Source of the DNA: Hemiscyllium ocellatum
Lineage: Eukaryota
Direction of reading: 5' to 3'
NCBI RefSeq assembly: GCF_020745735.1
Contig: NC_083404.1
Span: 102,671,731-102,735,730, forward strand
Length of the DNA stretch: 64,000 bases
Both the position numbers and the translations under genes were made by a program. The notes under the pieces are model-generated. The model made no database searches. It had not been told where the DNA came from and worked only from the letters and a program-made list of their open reading frames with translations. Positions 1-13,760 of the stretch are shown piece by piece. The stretch's first letter is position 1, and each line of letters opens with the position of its first letter.

Positions 1-1040
1 CAGGAATCCGATTCACACGAGAAGAAGAAAAGGATAGCCAACTCCCATTCCTAGACGTGTTAGTAGAGAGAACACCCAACGGAGAATTCACCACAAGGAT
101 ACACAGGAGACCAACACACACAGACCAAGTCTTAAACTATGAAAGTAACCACCCCAACACACACAAACGAAGCTGCATCAGGACACTATTCAAAAGGGCC
201 ACAACACACTGCAGTACACCAGAACTGCGAAAAGAGGAAGAGGAACATCTATACAAGGTATTCGCCAAAAACGGATACCCACGCAACTTTATCACCAGAT
301 GCCTAAGAGATAGACCACGGAACGAGGACATGCCACAACCAAAAGGACTAGCCACTCTACCATACGTCAGGAGTGTCTCAGAACTGACAGCCAGACTACT
401 GCGACCCTTAGGACTCATAACAGCACACAAGCCAACATCCACGCTCAGACAACAACTCACTAGAACAAAGGACCCAATACCCAGCATGAGCCAAACTAAC
501 GTAGTTTACAAAATACCATGCAAGGACTGCACAAAACACTATATAGGACAAACAGGAAGACAGCTAACAATCCGCATCCACGAACATCAGCTAGCCACAA
601 AACGACACGACCAGCTATCTCTAGTAGCCATACACTCAGACAACCAGCAACATGCATTTGACTGGGAAAACACCACTATCATAGGACAAGCCAGACAGAG
701 AACAGCCAGAGAATTCCTAGAAGCATGGCATTCATCCCCAAACTCCATCAATAGACACATTGACCTGGACACCATATACAAACCACTACAGCTGAAACTG
801 ACACCCGGAAACGGCAAGAACATCCATCAACAGACACATCGACCTGGACCCCAGATACAAATCACTGCAGCTGAAACTGACACCCAGAAGCGGCAAGAAC
901 AAACCAATATAAATACCGGAAGAAACATCAAAGCAGCGCTTCACACGAGGCTCCCACCGCACTGATGATGTTCCCTAGCCAGGGAACGAAACGTTTGCAG
1001 CAAAAACTTACAGCTCGGCGAGCAGAACCACAACAACTTG
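1..1040 (+). mobile_element. Penelope-like retroelement 3' part (RT C-terminus + GIY-YIG endonuclease ORF 57-965 + terminal repeat)
   Basis: ORF has VVYKIPCKDC..YIGQTGR.L..RIHEH (GIY-YIG with CxxC) after an RT thumb-like region; the terminus carries a hammerhead motif; related copies at 2.3-3.3 kb and 43.9-45.9 kb. Confidence 0.9.
958..999 (+). ncRNA. Minimal type I hammerhead ribozyme motif in Penelope terminal repeat
   Basis: gca-CTGATGA-t-GTTCCCT-agcc-AGGGAAC-GAAA-cGTT-tgc: canonical core boxes, 7-bp stem II, short stem I, palindromic ACGT stem III typical of PLE hammerheads. Confidence 0.75.
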
Positions 1041-1194
1041 TAATAGACCTGTTAGTAAGTTTAAAGTCCATAGGACAGTAAACGTGTGGATACAAAATAT
1101 CTTGGGGTATAGAAAGCAGAGTATAATTGAATGGTTCTTTTTCAAACTAAAAGGAAATGTGTTGTGACAATTTTTTTTAATACAGAATAATAAG

Positions 1195-2190
1195 ACCATT
1201 AGACATAGGAGTGGAAGTAAGTGGTGGGTCCACTCCGCCATTCAATCATGGCTGATGGGCATTTCAACACCACTTACCCGCACTTTCCCCATATCTCTTA
1301 ATTCCTTGCGTGATTAAGGATTTATCAATCTCTGCCTTGAAGACATTTAACGTCCTGGCTCCACTGTATTCTGTGGCAATGAATTCCACAGGCCCACCAT
1401 TCTCTGGCTGAAGAAATGTCTCTTCATTTCCATTCTAAATTGACTCTTCTAATTCTGAGGCTGTACCCATGGGTCCTAGTTTCTCTGTCTAACGGAAACA
1501 AATAGCGTCCATCATTTCTAAGCCATGCATTAATTTGTAAGTTTCTATTAGATCAACCCCTCAACCTTCTAAACTCTAATGAATACAATCCCAGGATCCT
1601 CAGCTGTTCATCATATGTTAGGCCTACCATTCCAGGGATCGTCTGTATGAATCTCAGCTGGACATGCTCCAGTGCCAGTATGTCCTTCCTGAGGCCCAAA
1701 ACTGGGCAGAGTATTCTAAATGGAGCATAACCAGAGCTTTACAAAGTCTCAGTAGCACATTGCTGCTTTTACATTCCAACCCTCTTGAAATAAATGATAA
1801 CATTACGTTTGCTTTCTTAATTATGGACTCAACCTACAAGTCAACCTTTAAAGAGTCCTGGACTAACACTCCCAGATCCCTTTGTACTTTGGCTTTAGGA
1901 ATTTTCTCACCGTTTAGAAAAAAGTCCATCCCTGTATTCTTTTTTTCGAATTGCAAGACCTCACATTGAATTACATCAGCCTTTTCTTGGACCTTTTATC
2001 CCAACTCTCTGCCTTCTGTCAGACTGGCCAATCCTCAATCCATGCCAGCTCATCTTGAACACCATGGGCTCTCTCCTTACTCAGCAGCCCTCATGAGGCA
2101 TCTTATCAAAGGCCTTTTGGAAGTCTAGGTAGATAACATCCACTGTGTTTCCCTGGTCTAACCTACTTGTTATCTCTTCAAAGAATTCTG
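1195..2190 (-). mobile_element. Degenerate CR1-type LINE 3' fragment
   Basis: Minus-strand translation includes VDVIYLDFQKAFDK (CR1 RT); a CR1-like 3' tail begins near 1195. Confidence 0.75.
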
Positions 2191-2251
2191 AGTAAAATAT
2201 ATGATCTGGATTAAAATATATAGTGCATAATCCCAAAATTTTCACATTAGA

Positions 2252-3330
2252 CAAACTTTGGAATTGTTGTTGTGGTTCTGTTCGCCGAGCTGGGAATTTG
2301 TGTTGCAGACGTTTCGTTCCCTGTCTAGGTGACATCCTCAGTGCTTGGGAGCCTCCTGTGAAGCGCTTCTGTGGTGTTTCCTCTAGCATTTACCGAACAC
2401 TGAATGGAGAATTCACCACAAATGTATACAGGAAGCCACACACACAGACCAAGTCCTAAACTACGAAAGCAACCACCCCAACACACAAAAGAAGTTGCAT
2501 CAAGACACTGTTCAAAAGGGCCACAACACACTGCAGTACACCAGAACTGCAAAGAGAGGAAGAAGAACACCTATACAACGTATTCACCAAAAACGGATAC
2601 CCGCGCAATTTCATCAACAGATGCCTAAGGGAAAGACAACGGAACGAGGACATGCCACAACCCAAAGGATTAGCCACACTCCCAAACATCAAAAATATTT
2701 CTGAACTGACAGCCAGACTACTGCGACCACTAGGACTCATAACAGCACACAAACCAACAGCCACCCTCAGACAACTACGCACCAGGAAGAAGGACCCAAT
2801 ACCCAGCATGACCAAAACCAATGTAGTGTACAAAATTCCATGCAAGGACTGCACAAAACACTACATAGGACAAACAGGAAGACATCTAACAATCCGCATC
2901 CATGAACACCAACTAGCCACGAAACGACATGACCAGCTATACTTAGTAGCCACACACTCAGATGACAAACAACATGAGTTCAACTGGGACAACACTACTA
3001 ATATAGGACAAGCCAGACAAAGAACAGCCAGGAATTCCTAGAGGCATGGCACTCATCCACTGATTCAAACAACAAGCACATCGACCTGGACCCATTATAC
3101 CGGCCACTGCAGCGGACAGCTGGAACTGACAACCGGAAGCGGCAGGTACAAATCACTATAAATGCCAGAGGAAACATCATAGAAGTGCTTCACAAGAGGC
3201 TCCCAAGCACTGAGGATGTCACTTAGATAGGGGATGAAACATTTGCAACACAAATTCCCAGCACGGCGAACAGAACCACAACAACGAGCACCCGAGCTAC
3301 AAATCTTCTCCCAAACTTTGGAATTGTTGT
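2252..3330 (+). mobile_element. Truncated Penelope-like element with inverted 5' terminal repeat, flanked by 19-bp TSD
   Basis: caaactttggaattgttgt at 2252-2270 and 3312-3330; 2271-2390 is an inverted copy of the 3' terminus; frameshifted RT/GIY-YIG in between; hammerhead core on minus strand at 2304-2345. Confidence 0.88.
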
Positions 3331-4419
3331 AAGGAGATTAGCATCAAACTTTAGAGGAATACAACGGGATCATGGTAGAAATATCAGACATATCAGATTA
3401 AAGCAGAGACCTATGGTCGGCTTTAGGGAAGAATAATAAGGAAAGATAATATAAACTCAAGTGGTACAATTTAAAGTCAGTTCTGAAGTGGACCCAGGCT
3501 GTAAGTACAAAATTTGTGGAAAAGAAAGTCCAGTTGAAGAAGTCACTGAAAGGGAATTTATGAACTTTAGTTTCATACATAGAGGCAGTGCACAAAACCA
3601 AGTTTTGCTAAACTTTTATACAACACTTGTTCTGTCCCCACTGGGGACTATTGCAGCCAATTCTAAACACCACAGTTAAATAAAAATGTCAAAGATTGAA
3701 ATAAGGTACATTGGAGCATTAGTAAAACTGAAGCAGGTAGTTAATAAAAACAAGAAACATACTGCAGATACTGGGAGTCTGAAATAAAACAGGAAAATGC
3801 TGTAGAAACTCAGCAGGTCCAGCAGCATTTTTGAAGGGAAAAACAGTAAATATTCTGGATCCAAAGGTATTTCTTCAGAAGAGTCTGAAGACATTCTGAA
3901 GAGTTGTTGGGTTAAAAATGCTGACTCACTTTCCCGCTTCACAGATTCAGCCAGATCTGAGTTTCTCCAGCATTTTCTGTTTTTAATTCAGGTATTAAAG
4001 ACTTCGGTTACATGGAAAAATCTGAAAAACTGGGATTATTCTTCTTTGTGCAGACGTTTAAGAATAGACTTAGGACAATAAGTCCATAAGAAATAGGAAC
4101 AAGAATACGCTACTCAGTTCCTTAAGCTTGCTGTACTATTCAGTAGGATTATGGCTGATCTGATACTCCTCACATCCACTTTCCTGCTCTTTCCTATAAT
4201 CTTTGATTCCATTACTATGTCATCCCTAAAGAGACTTCAGGACTCTAACCCCACAGCTCTCTGTGGCAAACAATGCCAAAGACTCTGAACCTTCAAAAGA
4301 AATTCTTCCTTATCTCAATTTTAAATTAGCATTCAGAGACGATGCTTTCTGGCCCTAGATTTCCCCATGAGGGGAAACGATTGTCAAGCCCCTGAAAAAT
4401 CCTATATATTTCAATGAGA

Positions 4420-5250
4420 TGGTGTTGGGGATATTAGCACGGACAAGTGATTGGCTAATGAGTAGAAGAATAAGATTGGGATAAAAGGGGCAGATTCAGG
4501 ATGGCAACTTGGAAGTAGTGGAATGCCACAGTGATCAGTGCTGGGGCCACAGTTATTAGCAATATATATTCATGATTTGGGTGATGGAAGTTAAAGTACT
4601 ATTGCCAAGTTTGCAGATGACACTGAAACAGATGAGAAGATACGTATTGAAGATGACAGTCAACAAAGGGATACAGAAAGCTTAGGTAACTGGACAGATG
4701 GAAGATAATGTGGAAAATGTGAGGTCGTGCACTTTTGTAGGCAGAAGAACTAAGTCTAATTTAAATTGAAAAATACTGCAGAAAGCTGCAGTACAAAGAG
4801 AGGTCTTCCTAAAACATACAAGGCACTAATCGGTCAAATCTAGAATACTGGGAACAGGTTTGAAGCATTTATCTAAAGAAAGAAGCACTGGCATTAGAAA
4901 CATTAGAGACATAGTTGATTTCGGTAGGGAGAGATTTTCTGAACAGTAAATATTGAATAGGTTGGGCTGATACTTACTAAAGTTTATAAGATTGAGAAAA
5001 GACTGTCTTTAAACATATATGATTCTTGAGACATTTAGCAGGGTAGATGAGAAGAGCTTGTTTCCCTTTGGGAGAGTCTGGCACCACAGAGCATAAACTC
5101 AGGAGTAATGTAATGCCCATTTAAGACAGATACAAGAAGGAATTTCTTCTCATAATAGTGAATCTGTGAAATTCTGTACATCAGAGAGAGCTGTCAAGGT
5201 TGGGTCATTAAGTGTGGTGAAGGCTGAGGTAGACAAATTTTTACCCAGCA
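4420..5250 (+). mobile_element. Old CR1-type LINE fragment
   Basis: Degenerate CR1 RT motifs (agtggaatgccacagtgatcagtgctggggcc; aagtttgcagatgacac = KFADD). Confidence 0.7.
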
Positions 5251-6269
5251 TGTAACAGATTATGTATAAAGCAGTCTTCACTCCCTCCACCACTGATACA
5301 CAGCAACATCTACAATTTGCACAGAAGTAACTCATCAGGTTATTTTGAAAGCACCTTCCAAACCTGTAACTGTTATTAGCTCAAAGGACAATGTCGGCAC
5401 ATGGGAACACCAACACTTGCATGTTTCTTCCAAGCCACTTGCATTCCTGACTTGTAACTATATCTTCAGTGCCACTGGCTTAAAATTTTGGAACTCGCTC
5501 CCTAACAGCACTCAGGTTGACCTACAACACACGGACCACTCAACAAGGTGCCTATCACCACTTTCTCAAGGACAATTAGGGATGAGCAATAAATGCTGGC
5601 CTAGGCAGCAAAGCACATATCCCTGGAATGAAAGATAAACTGTAAGTGCCATCTTAAATAGGATACGTCAAACCCTACACTTGGTCATTCATCACTTCAA
5701 TGCTCAGCAGCAAAGTTTCTTCCAATCGTATTTAAGTCTGACTGCTGTGAAGAAAATCAAGCAGGTTAAATACATTTATCAATATGAATCTGTAATAGCA
5801 CTTTTATTAAAATGTTCCAAGGAGCTTTACAAGAATGTTTTCAAACAAAACTTGAAATTGAGCTCCTCAAAAATATTAAGGCACGTGGTAAACAGGAACA
5901 TGTTAAAGGAAGAGATGGAGACAGTCTGTTGGAAATGGTTGACGGAGAGTTTAGGTCCTTGCCAGCTGAAACCACAGCTGCAAAGTGGATTAATGAAAAT
6001 TGGAGATTTGCAAGAAGCCTCTGTTGAAGAAACCAGATGCCTAAGGATTATTGGGCTGGAGGGTGCAGGGAGAGGGAGAGCCAAGACCATGAAGACATGT
6101 CAAAATAAGATGAGAATTTCAAAGTGACAAGCATAGGGTCTTGCGTGAACAGGAGTTTTTAAGAGTTAGGATGGAAGCAACATAATTTTGGAGTAGCTGA
6201 GGTTAAAGGGATGGTAGCTAGGAGAGCACTGAACCAATTAAACCTAAAGGTAACAGCTACATGTGACAG

Positions 6270-6640
6270 TGACAGCTATGGCTCAGTCAGTACCTTCAAG
6301 TCAGAAGTTATGGATTCAAGTCCCACCTCAGGACCTGAGTTACAAAACTCACATCCAATGCAGTACTGAAGAAAATGTTATATTTCAGTTGAAACATTAA
6401 ACTATGGCCTAATCTATCCTTTCTGTCGGACATTAAAGATCCTATGGCACTATTTCAAACAGCAAAAGAATTATTCCCAATGTCTTAGCTAATAATCATC
6501 CTTAAATATCACATTATCTTTTCAATATTATTTTGTTGCTGTGGGAGCCTTCAGCATACAATTTGGCTGCCATTTTTCCCACATTTATCTCTCAGGAAAA
6601 AAATGAATTTAATCAGCTATAAAGAGCTTTGGGATTTTGT
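6270..6640 (+). mobile_element. Old tRNA-headed SINE (Deu-domain/SacSINE-like)
   Basis: tRNA-like head (tggctcagtc...ggattcaagtccc) plus body aaagatcctatggcactatttc; related copy near 34070-34320. Family assignment is from recall. Confidence 0.45.
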
Positions 6641-7843
6641 GTAAGGCACATATCTTCATGGATGATGATTTCAGCAATAGGCGGAGACAGATCATTTGAC
6701 AGTGGTGCAAGCACTCTTGGTCATATATAGAATACAGAGTTGGACTCTCAGCTCAGGGTTGCAAGTTAATAGTTTAATTTAGCTTCAGAGCGACCAAAGA
6801 GAAGAATGGCATCAGTGGTGATGGAATTTGTAGCTGTGTCTCAAAGACAATAAAAGATTAACAAAATATTGTGGACGCTGAAGATCTGATAGACAAACAA
6901 AAATTGCTGGACATACTTATCAGATCTGGCAGCATCTGTGGAGAGAACAGAATTACATGTGTGCTCTGATGAAAGGTCACATATGTTACCAAACCCAATA
7001 GAGAACTGGGGAATTTTCTGTGTGCTCCATATTGGATAAAAAAAAGGTGGCAGATCAGAAGTAGTGGAGAGGTCAACAGAGGTGATAATATACGTTGCTG
7101 AATAAAAACATGTCTACCATTGTCAATAATTGTTGAGTAAAAGCCTTCAAAGTTTCACTGAAATAAAACAGCAGCTCAAGAAACATTGTCTTGACCTATG
7201 TACAATCCTGATAGAGGCACTGTCTACCTTCAGCAATTGCTTTTTAGGTTAGCTGCAAGTCAAAATACACAACTAAGGGTTTAGAATATTAGTTGCAAAG
7301 TTACAGTTTATCTACATTCAAGATTATTCAGAGCCAAATAACACTGCATCATTTCACAAATATAAATACCTATTTGCATCAAGAAATTATTGAATTTTAA
7401 CCCGGTGGCTTTCAAAAGAATTCACATAATTTTCAACATTTTTGGGAGAAATTCTTAGTCCAACTGCCATTAAAATATTCTTACCAAATGTGTAGAATAT
7501 TCACCTCTTGGCCCTGGAATAAATCCTGCTCATAATAAAAGGATAAAGGTAGCAGTTTTCTGGCAAGCATTGACCGCAGAAATTAGTTCGAGGAAAGTTA
7601 AATCCATTTCCCAATGAGGACTGATTCAGAGTAATGAAACTAGAGGCAAAATTGACAATTGCACTCAGAAGAATTACAGTTTTTTTTTGGATTCACTGTC
7701 AGATAGCTCTCTTATTGCTACTAAGCAAACTACTGGTCTGGAAGTAGTTGATTTAGTTATCGGATATACAGGAAAATAGTCATGACTCTACATTTACTTA
7801 TTTTTTTTGTAAATGAGCACATATTGAAACCATTTAACAGAAT

Positions 7844-8038
7844 TTAAAGTGTTTTTTGGAATGCCTCAAAGTCCAGCAATGTGCCTTTTGCTATCTCCAC
7901 GCAGAATACTTCATCAGGTGTTGCAACCAACTTATCCAGTGAGACGTAGTTAGGCTGAGTTGGATCATATTGCGCTCGTCCCAAGTGTTCAAGAAACAGA
8001 TGTCTGTCTTTTATTCTCAGAAATTTTGCATTAAAAAC
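7844..8038 (-). CDS. MTERF3: MTERF3 last coding exon ([16 protein letters not shown]...FEAFQKTL*)
   Basis: 195 nt, AG acceptor at 8039-8040, TAA stop at 7844-7846; matches the MTERF3 C-terminus ([17 protein letters not shown]). Confidence 0.95.
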   Translation of the reverse strand, partial: VFNAKFLRIKDRHLFLEHLGRAQYDPTQPNYVSLDKLVATPDEVFCVEIAKGTLLDFEAFQKTL

Positions 8039-8954
8039 CTAAGGCAAGAATAAAGTTTTTTTTAAAAGTTAGATGCAGAAAGTTAATTCTCAACACATGC
8101 TGTAACAAAAATAATAAGTAATAACATTTCTCCATCACCTTAACACACATTCTTTTATAACACCAAAGCCAATAAGTTAATATTCAAAATGAATAATTTT
8201 GAAGTCTTTAATTACAGTCACTAATATGACAAGAAAAACTATTTATCCATATTAAATTACATAGACAAGATATTTTGTGAAAAATTAATAAATCTCTATA
8301 CCACTGATTGTGTTAAGATGTTGATGGTAAGGAGATGTGTTCCCTCATGGTGTTGAATGGAGAGGTTTTGGGTTTTGGCAAAGATTGGAAGGAAACTGGG
8401 GTGTAAAGTGGTGGGGGAAGAGGGAGAAGAAAATAATAACCATTCCTACATCAATAGTGCACACAAGTCTATGCAAGGAGAGGATGCTGGTCACCCATCC
8501 AACCTCGTATGCGAACACAGACCCTGATAATGATGGAGCTCAGAAATAAAAAAAAATCCTGAAAGGTTTGACCAGGTGACTGACTCATAACCCTTTTACA
8601 TTTTGTAGGAATAGTAGGCTGTTCTTAGGTTGGTTGCTATTATGCACTCCCTCACTACAGCTAAACATATTTGCAAACTTACATGTTATAAAGTCTTTAT
8701 TATCAGCACAGTTTCATTGAATGAGACACTGCAGAGGGAAATTCATTTCTCAGACTGCATTGGTCCAATTCAATTGAAACGTGCTGTGGTAATGCCATTT
8801 TAATTTTAAAATAATTTCTCATTATCTAAAAAGGAATCAATATTAATAAAGCAATAAATAATTACTTCAATCATGATCCTGGATTCATTGGAATATTGTT
8901 AGATTAGGACATAGTACAGTTAACATAAAAAGGTGAACAGAATGTCATGCATAC

Positions 8955-9116
8955 CTGAGGAAATTTTGTAATTAGGTGGTGGGGGATTCCCATGGTATTG
9001 TGTAAGTAATCAAACAGTTGAGTCAATTTTTTCTTACTAGCCAGGAGGAGTTTGGGGACGCTGATTGCCATGTGCTGGATTTCATTATCACGAAATCCCA
9101 ATTCAATCCGACAAAC
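8955..9116 (-). CDS. MTERF3: MTERF3 coding exon 6 (VCRIELGF...ITKFPQ)
   Basis: 162 nt, AG/GT boundaries, phase 0-0, MTERF3-like sequence. Confidence 0.95.
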
Positions 9117-9763
9117 CTGGAAAACAACAAAATTGCCTGAGGGAGAGCTTTGCAATGATAAAATTGGCACAACTGAATGGAAAACTAGCTACTACAGCCG
9201 TTAGATAATAGTCAAAGTTAAATCGGTTCAATTTTGGTTCAAAAATAGGAAGTAGGAAATCTGTACGACCTGTTGACTATTTCCAGCATTTTCTGCTCAT
9301 AGTCAAGATGAGCTTGTCATGTAACTGTTTGTAATGGCTTTCCTTTTAAATAAGAAACGTTGAAATACAAATTGTAAAATGCATTATTTGAAGTATTAAT
9401 CTTTTTAACAGAAATTGCCTTTGTAAACTTAATGTTGAAATCTTGGGATTTCTATTGCATTTAAGATTAGGACACTTCTTGCCTTGACTTTTGTAATGTT
9501 TATGTTTTTGTGTATGAGTTTAAAGTTAATCTTTTTCCGATATAAATTAAGTATAATTGCATAATGAAAGGGTTAGGGATTTTGGGATGACCGTCTTGAG
9601 ACTTAGATGCTTTCCAGCAAAGGCAATTTGATGTGGGTTGTGTGATCCTGCTCGCTGAGACTCGCAGGAGAAAGAGGATCAATATCTCACAGGCAACAGA
9701 GGGACCGAGCGTCTTGTAAATACCTTTACTCTTGGGGGGAAAAAAAGGAGTCATTCCACCTAC

Positions 9764-9835
9764 TTTCAGATTTTCTTTGACTGGTTCCAAGCTGCCAGTT
9801 AACAATTTGGGAAGACGGGTGACCAGATCACGTGT
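9764..9835 (-). CDS. MTERF3: MTERF3 coding exon 5 ([24 protein letters not shown])
   Basis: 72 nt, AG/GT boundaries, conserved [12 protein letters not shown] motif. Confidence 0.95.
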
Positions 9836-10064
9836 CTAGCAGAAAATAAAAGACACTCAAATTAAAATTTAAGGTAAAAAGAGAAGAACATGTCAAATGC
9901 AAATGAAAAACAGAATTTATAGACTCTGGAAAAAAAAATGTTAACATTTAGATAAAGATCCATTATCAGAATCTAATCTGGTGAGAGCGAAAGGTTGAAT
10001 GAAGACCCATTATTACTTTTTCTTGATAAAATAGTATTTTTCATTTAGAAAGAATGGGGAATAA

Positions 10065-10365
10065 ATTCATAGAACCCCTACACAGTGTGGAAGCAAGCTA
10101 TTCAGCTCATCAACACATTGACTCTCCATTCAGCATCCCACCCAGACCCATCCCCGAACCTATCCCGTAACCCTACATTCACTATGGCCAATCTAGCTAA
10201 CCTGCACATCTCTGGATATGAGGAAATCGGAACCCACGAGGAAACCGACGCAGACACGGGGAGAACATGCAAACTCTACACAGTCAGTTGGCCAAAGCTG
10301 GAATCAAATCTGGGTCACTGGCGCTGTGAGGCAGCAGTACTGAACACTGAGCCACTGTACTGCCC
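10065..10365 (-). mobile_element. HE1-like tRNA-derived SINE
   Basis: Reverse strand starts with gtggctcagtgttcagtactgctgcctcacagcgccag (tRNA head); same family as 49414-49720. Confidence 0.75.
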
Positions 10366-11350
10366 TTTGTAATCTTGCTCTAGATTATCACCAAGTGTCC
10401 AATCAATTCACTACTAATTAAATTGAATATAACACCTGCTGAATGTTTCCAGCGTCTTTTGCCTTAGATTCATTATTCCTCTGCTCATGCCACTGTCCAT
10501 CACCTTTTGCTGTGAACTATCGACCCTTTCATTACAATTAATCTCTCTCACCTTCCGTCAGAGCACTTACCTTCCCTTTTCCCATTCCCAACATTCATCA
10601 TTTCTACATTTTGTTTGTTGCTTAAAATTGGTTCCATCTGCAACCTTGTCCGGTTTTGAAGAAAGATTATCGAACTGAAATCTTAAATGTTTCTTTTCTT
10701 TCCACGGATGCTCATCTATGGAAGATTGCCAGTAATTTCTCCTTTTACTTCTTTTGACTTGAGCCTTGACTTCTCAACACCCTCAACTGTGTCACCATTC
10801 GCTGCTAAGCCTTAAAGTGCTACAATTTTCTCCATAAACCCCTCTGACTGTTCTCTTCCTTTCAGAAGATTCTTCCATTGGTTTAACCAAGCTTTTGATT
10901 TCTGTTGTATTCTCTCTATGTGGCACAACAATCAATTTGTTTGGAAACAATTCGTAAAAGTCTCATGGGATATTTTCTCTTCTTAAAATGCATTGTATAG
11001 CTGTTACATAGAAGAATGCTGTAGGCCATCATCTAGCATAGCAAAAGCAAACAGCAATACTGATGAAGAATAATGTTAATCTAATTTCAGCTGAAAAGGC
11101 ATTTCAACATTTGAAAAATTCACATTAGAGTTCAAATCTACTTTGATTTTACCACAAACAGCAAAAAGTAAGCACTCTGTTAGCTGTATATTTACAATAA
11201 AACCATATTAAGTTCTGCTAGAGGAACATAAAGATCCACTTGCAGTTCCAACTTGATGGGCTATAACATTCGAGTGTAATTCCTTAATAAGGATTCTCCA
11301 TATGATAAACTTTCTCTCAGCTGTGCACTTGAAATGCTCTGAATTCCAAG

Positions 11351-11352
<2 letters not shown>

Positions 11353-11411
<59 letters not shown>

Positions 11412-11430
11412 AGAAAGAGAGAGAGAGAGA
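11353..11430. repeat. Compound (GT)28-(GA)n microsatellite
   Basis: Perfect GT run 11353-11408 followed by GA run. Confidence 0.97.
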
Positions 11431-12496
11431 GTGGGTGGTGATAGTATTCACTTGTTAGGATGTTCGCACGCATCAAGAAGGTAATGGACAACTGCCTGGT
11501 AACCTTTTCAGCTAGATTCATTTTACTAGATGGTACTGAGTATGTGTGCAAAAGAGAGAGGTCTCAGCAACCTCAGATTAATAAGTATTTCACCAAAGAC
11601 TCTCTAAACAGAATTTCAGCAGGAATCTGTAACAACGAGGATGCGGATCCCATGAAAAAGGAATGCTGCCTGTCGCCAGTGCAAAACAAAGTATAACCTT
11701 GTCCTTTTACATTGTCAACTATTCATATCATATTGTAACATGCTGTCGCAACAAAAATATTCACTTGTCTCATATAACTCTTACTTCTTACAAATGTAGT
11801 AAGGCTCAGTTTAAAACACTCTTACAATGGAGTCTGAATGTTGACAACTCAAGGTCTATTGCAGAAAAACAACACACCATGTAAACTGGCAGACCAGTAC
11901 AATACTAAAAAAGCCTTGTATTATTGAAGGAGTCACTCTTTGGTGAGGTGTTAAACTGAGGCTGGTTCTCTTGTCTCAGTGATTTAGTTGGATATTAAAA
12001 ATTTCATGTCAGACCTGTGAATATTAAGGAATTTTTGTTAGTACACTGGTCAATCTCTCCAGATCACCAAAATTAAATTAATTAATCGTCCGTCACACTG
12101 TTCTTTATGGTATCTTTGTTGTACAACCCCTATAATGCACTTCAAAGCAACTCATTTCAGATGAAGTATTTTGAAATATGGTAAGGTGTCAAGTAAAACA
12201 AGGTTTCCTTTTTTCTTTTAAATGCCAAAGTAATTAAGCATCACTTTAAAATCAAGACTGCCCATTAACAGGCCATCCAATTAACAGTCTCATGCTATGG
12301 GTAACATTGATGATAATGATTAAATACATGTTAAGTGGCGTTAAGGTTTGGTTATTCTGTGTCCATGACTGGATTACAGAAACAGCAATTATAGAAGGTC
12401 TCCTCAGCCCATAGCATCAAGTCTCAACACATACTGCTTCACTTCCCTCATGACAGCCACATATACACAGTGTTAAAATTCATCAGACAGCAGTAC

Positions 12497-12644
12497 CTTT
12501 TGCACATTTAATCTCAGTTCTCTCTGGTAGAATGCCAGCCTATTGTCCAGTCTTTCCACACTGAAATTTAGCAAATAAGGGGCTCCTGACACCATCCTTG
12601 AAATGGCTTCTTTGCTGAATTTCTTTGATTGCAAATACTGTACT
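12497..12644 (-). CDS. MTERF3: MTERF3 coding exon 4 ([12 protein letters not shown]...LNVQK)
   Basis: 148 nt, AG/GT boundaries, phase 2-0, [16 protein letters not shown] motif. Confidence 0.95.
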
Positions 12645-12699
12645 CTAAAAGAAAATGAAAAACCATTAGTACTGAATTGAGAAAAAAGGATACTTAAAC

Positions 12700-13760
12700 C
12701 AAAGATATCACCAAACATCTTGCATCTATATTTGGATTTTACAAAGTTTATTTTAGGATATAGGGGAACATGTTATTTATCTGATTATTTGGTACAATGA
12801 CTGATGACAGCTAAGAAATCATGGAGTCAAGAGGCAGAGGGCAGAGTTGATTACTACTGGCTTCAAGGCTAAAAGCAGAGAGTGAGAATAACTGGTAATT
12901 AATCTCAGTTGCAGCAATGGGAAGTAGTGTTCCACGACGATCAGAATTGGTATTGCTGCTATTCAAAATTTACATGAACAACTCAGACTTCAGAATCAAA
13001 AACATAACTTCCAACTTCAGTGCAACAAATTGGAGGAAGGGCTATTCATAAACCACATTGAAGAGGACTGGACAAATTAAGGAGGACATTAATACGCTTG
13101 TAAATGGACAAATAATTAGCAAATGAAGTTCAACATAGGTGAATAATAAATGTGAGGTAGTTTTTTTGATAAAACATAATGTGGTCATTTATTACTTTGA
13201 ATGGACATGTCTTAATGGGAAGGAGGAACAAAGGGATATTTCAGAATACAAATACACCTGAACACTAAAAACCATGCCATATGTTAGCGAGGGATAGAAT
13301 AGAAAAGGATGGGATTGATGCTAAATCTGAATTGATGTGTGCATTCTTATTGGAAAAATTGACAGGCTAGACCTCTTTTCTCTATGAAACAAAGAGGGCC
13401 GTAAGTGACGATATAAAGCTTTCTAAAATTGAGAAACATTTTGATACACAAAGAGCATTTTTCCACTGGTGAGGAAGAACATAACTTCCATCATCGGGAT
13501 AAGCACCAAGAAGTCTAATAGGGAATTCAGAAGGATATTCTTTATCCAGAGTTGTGAGAATATACAAATTGCACCACTGTGACAGTCTGAATTGAATAAT
13601 ACAAATACATTTAAGGAAAATTACAGAAGAATATGATGGAGAAGGGTTATAATGGCAGATTTAGATGAGGATATGTGGGAAGGGGAGAGAGTGGAACATA
13701 AGCCTTGATGTTAACTAGGTCAGTCGGTTTGGTTGTGACTGTGCCGTACACCCTATGTAA
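12700..13760 (+). mobile_element. Old CR1-type LINE fragment
   Basis: Degenerate CR1 RT and 3' motifs within an MTERF3 intron. Confidence 0.55.

Noticed and set aside
5681-6127. 148-aa ORF
   Set aside because: No ATG start or recognisable domain; overlaps decayed repeat-like sequence.
11261-11696. ORFs with HT/CV repeats
   Set aside because: Translation of the GT/GA microsatellite; no recognisable protein.
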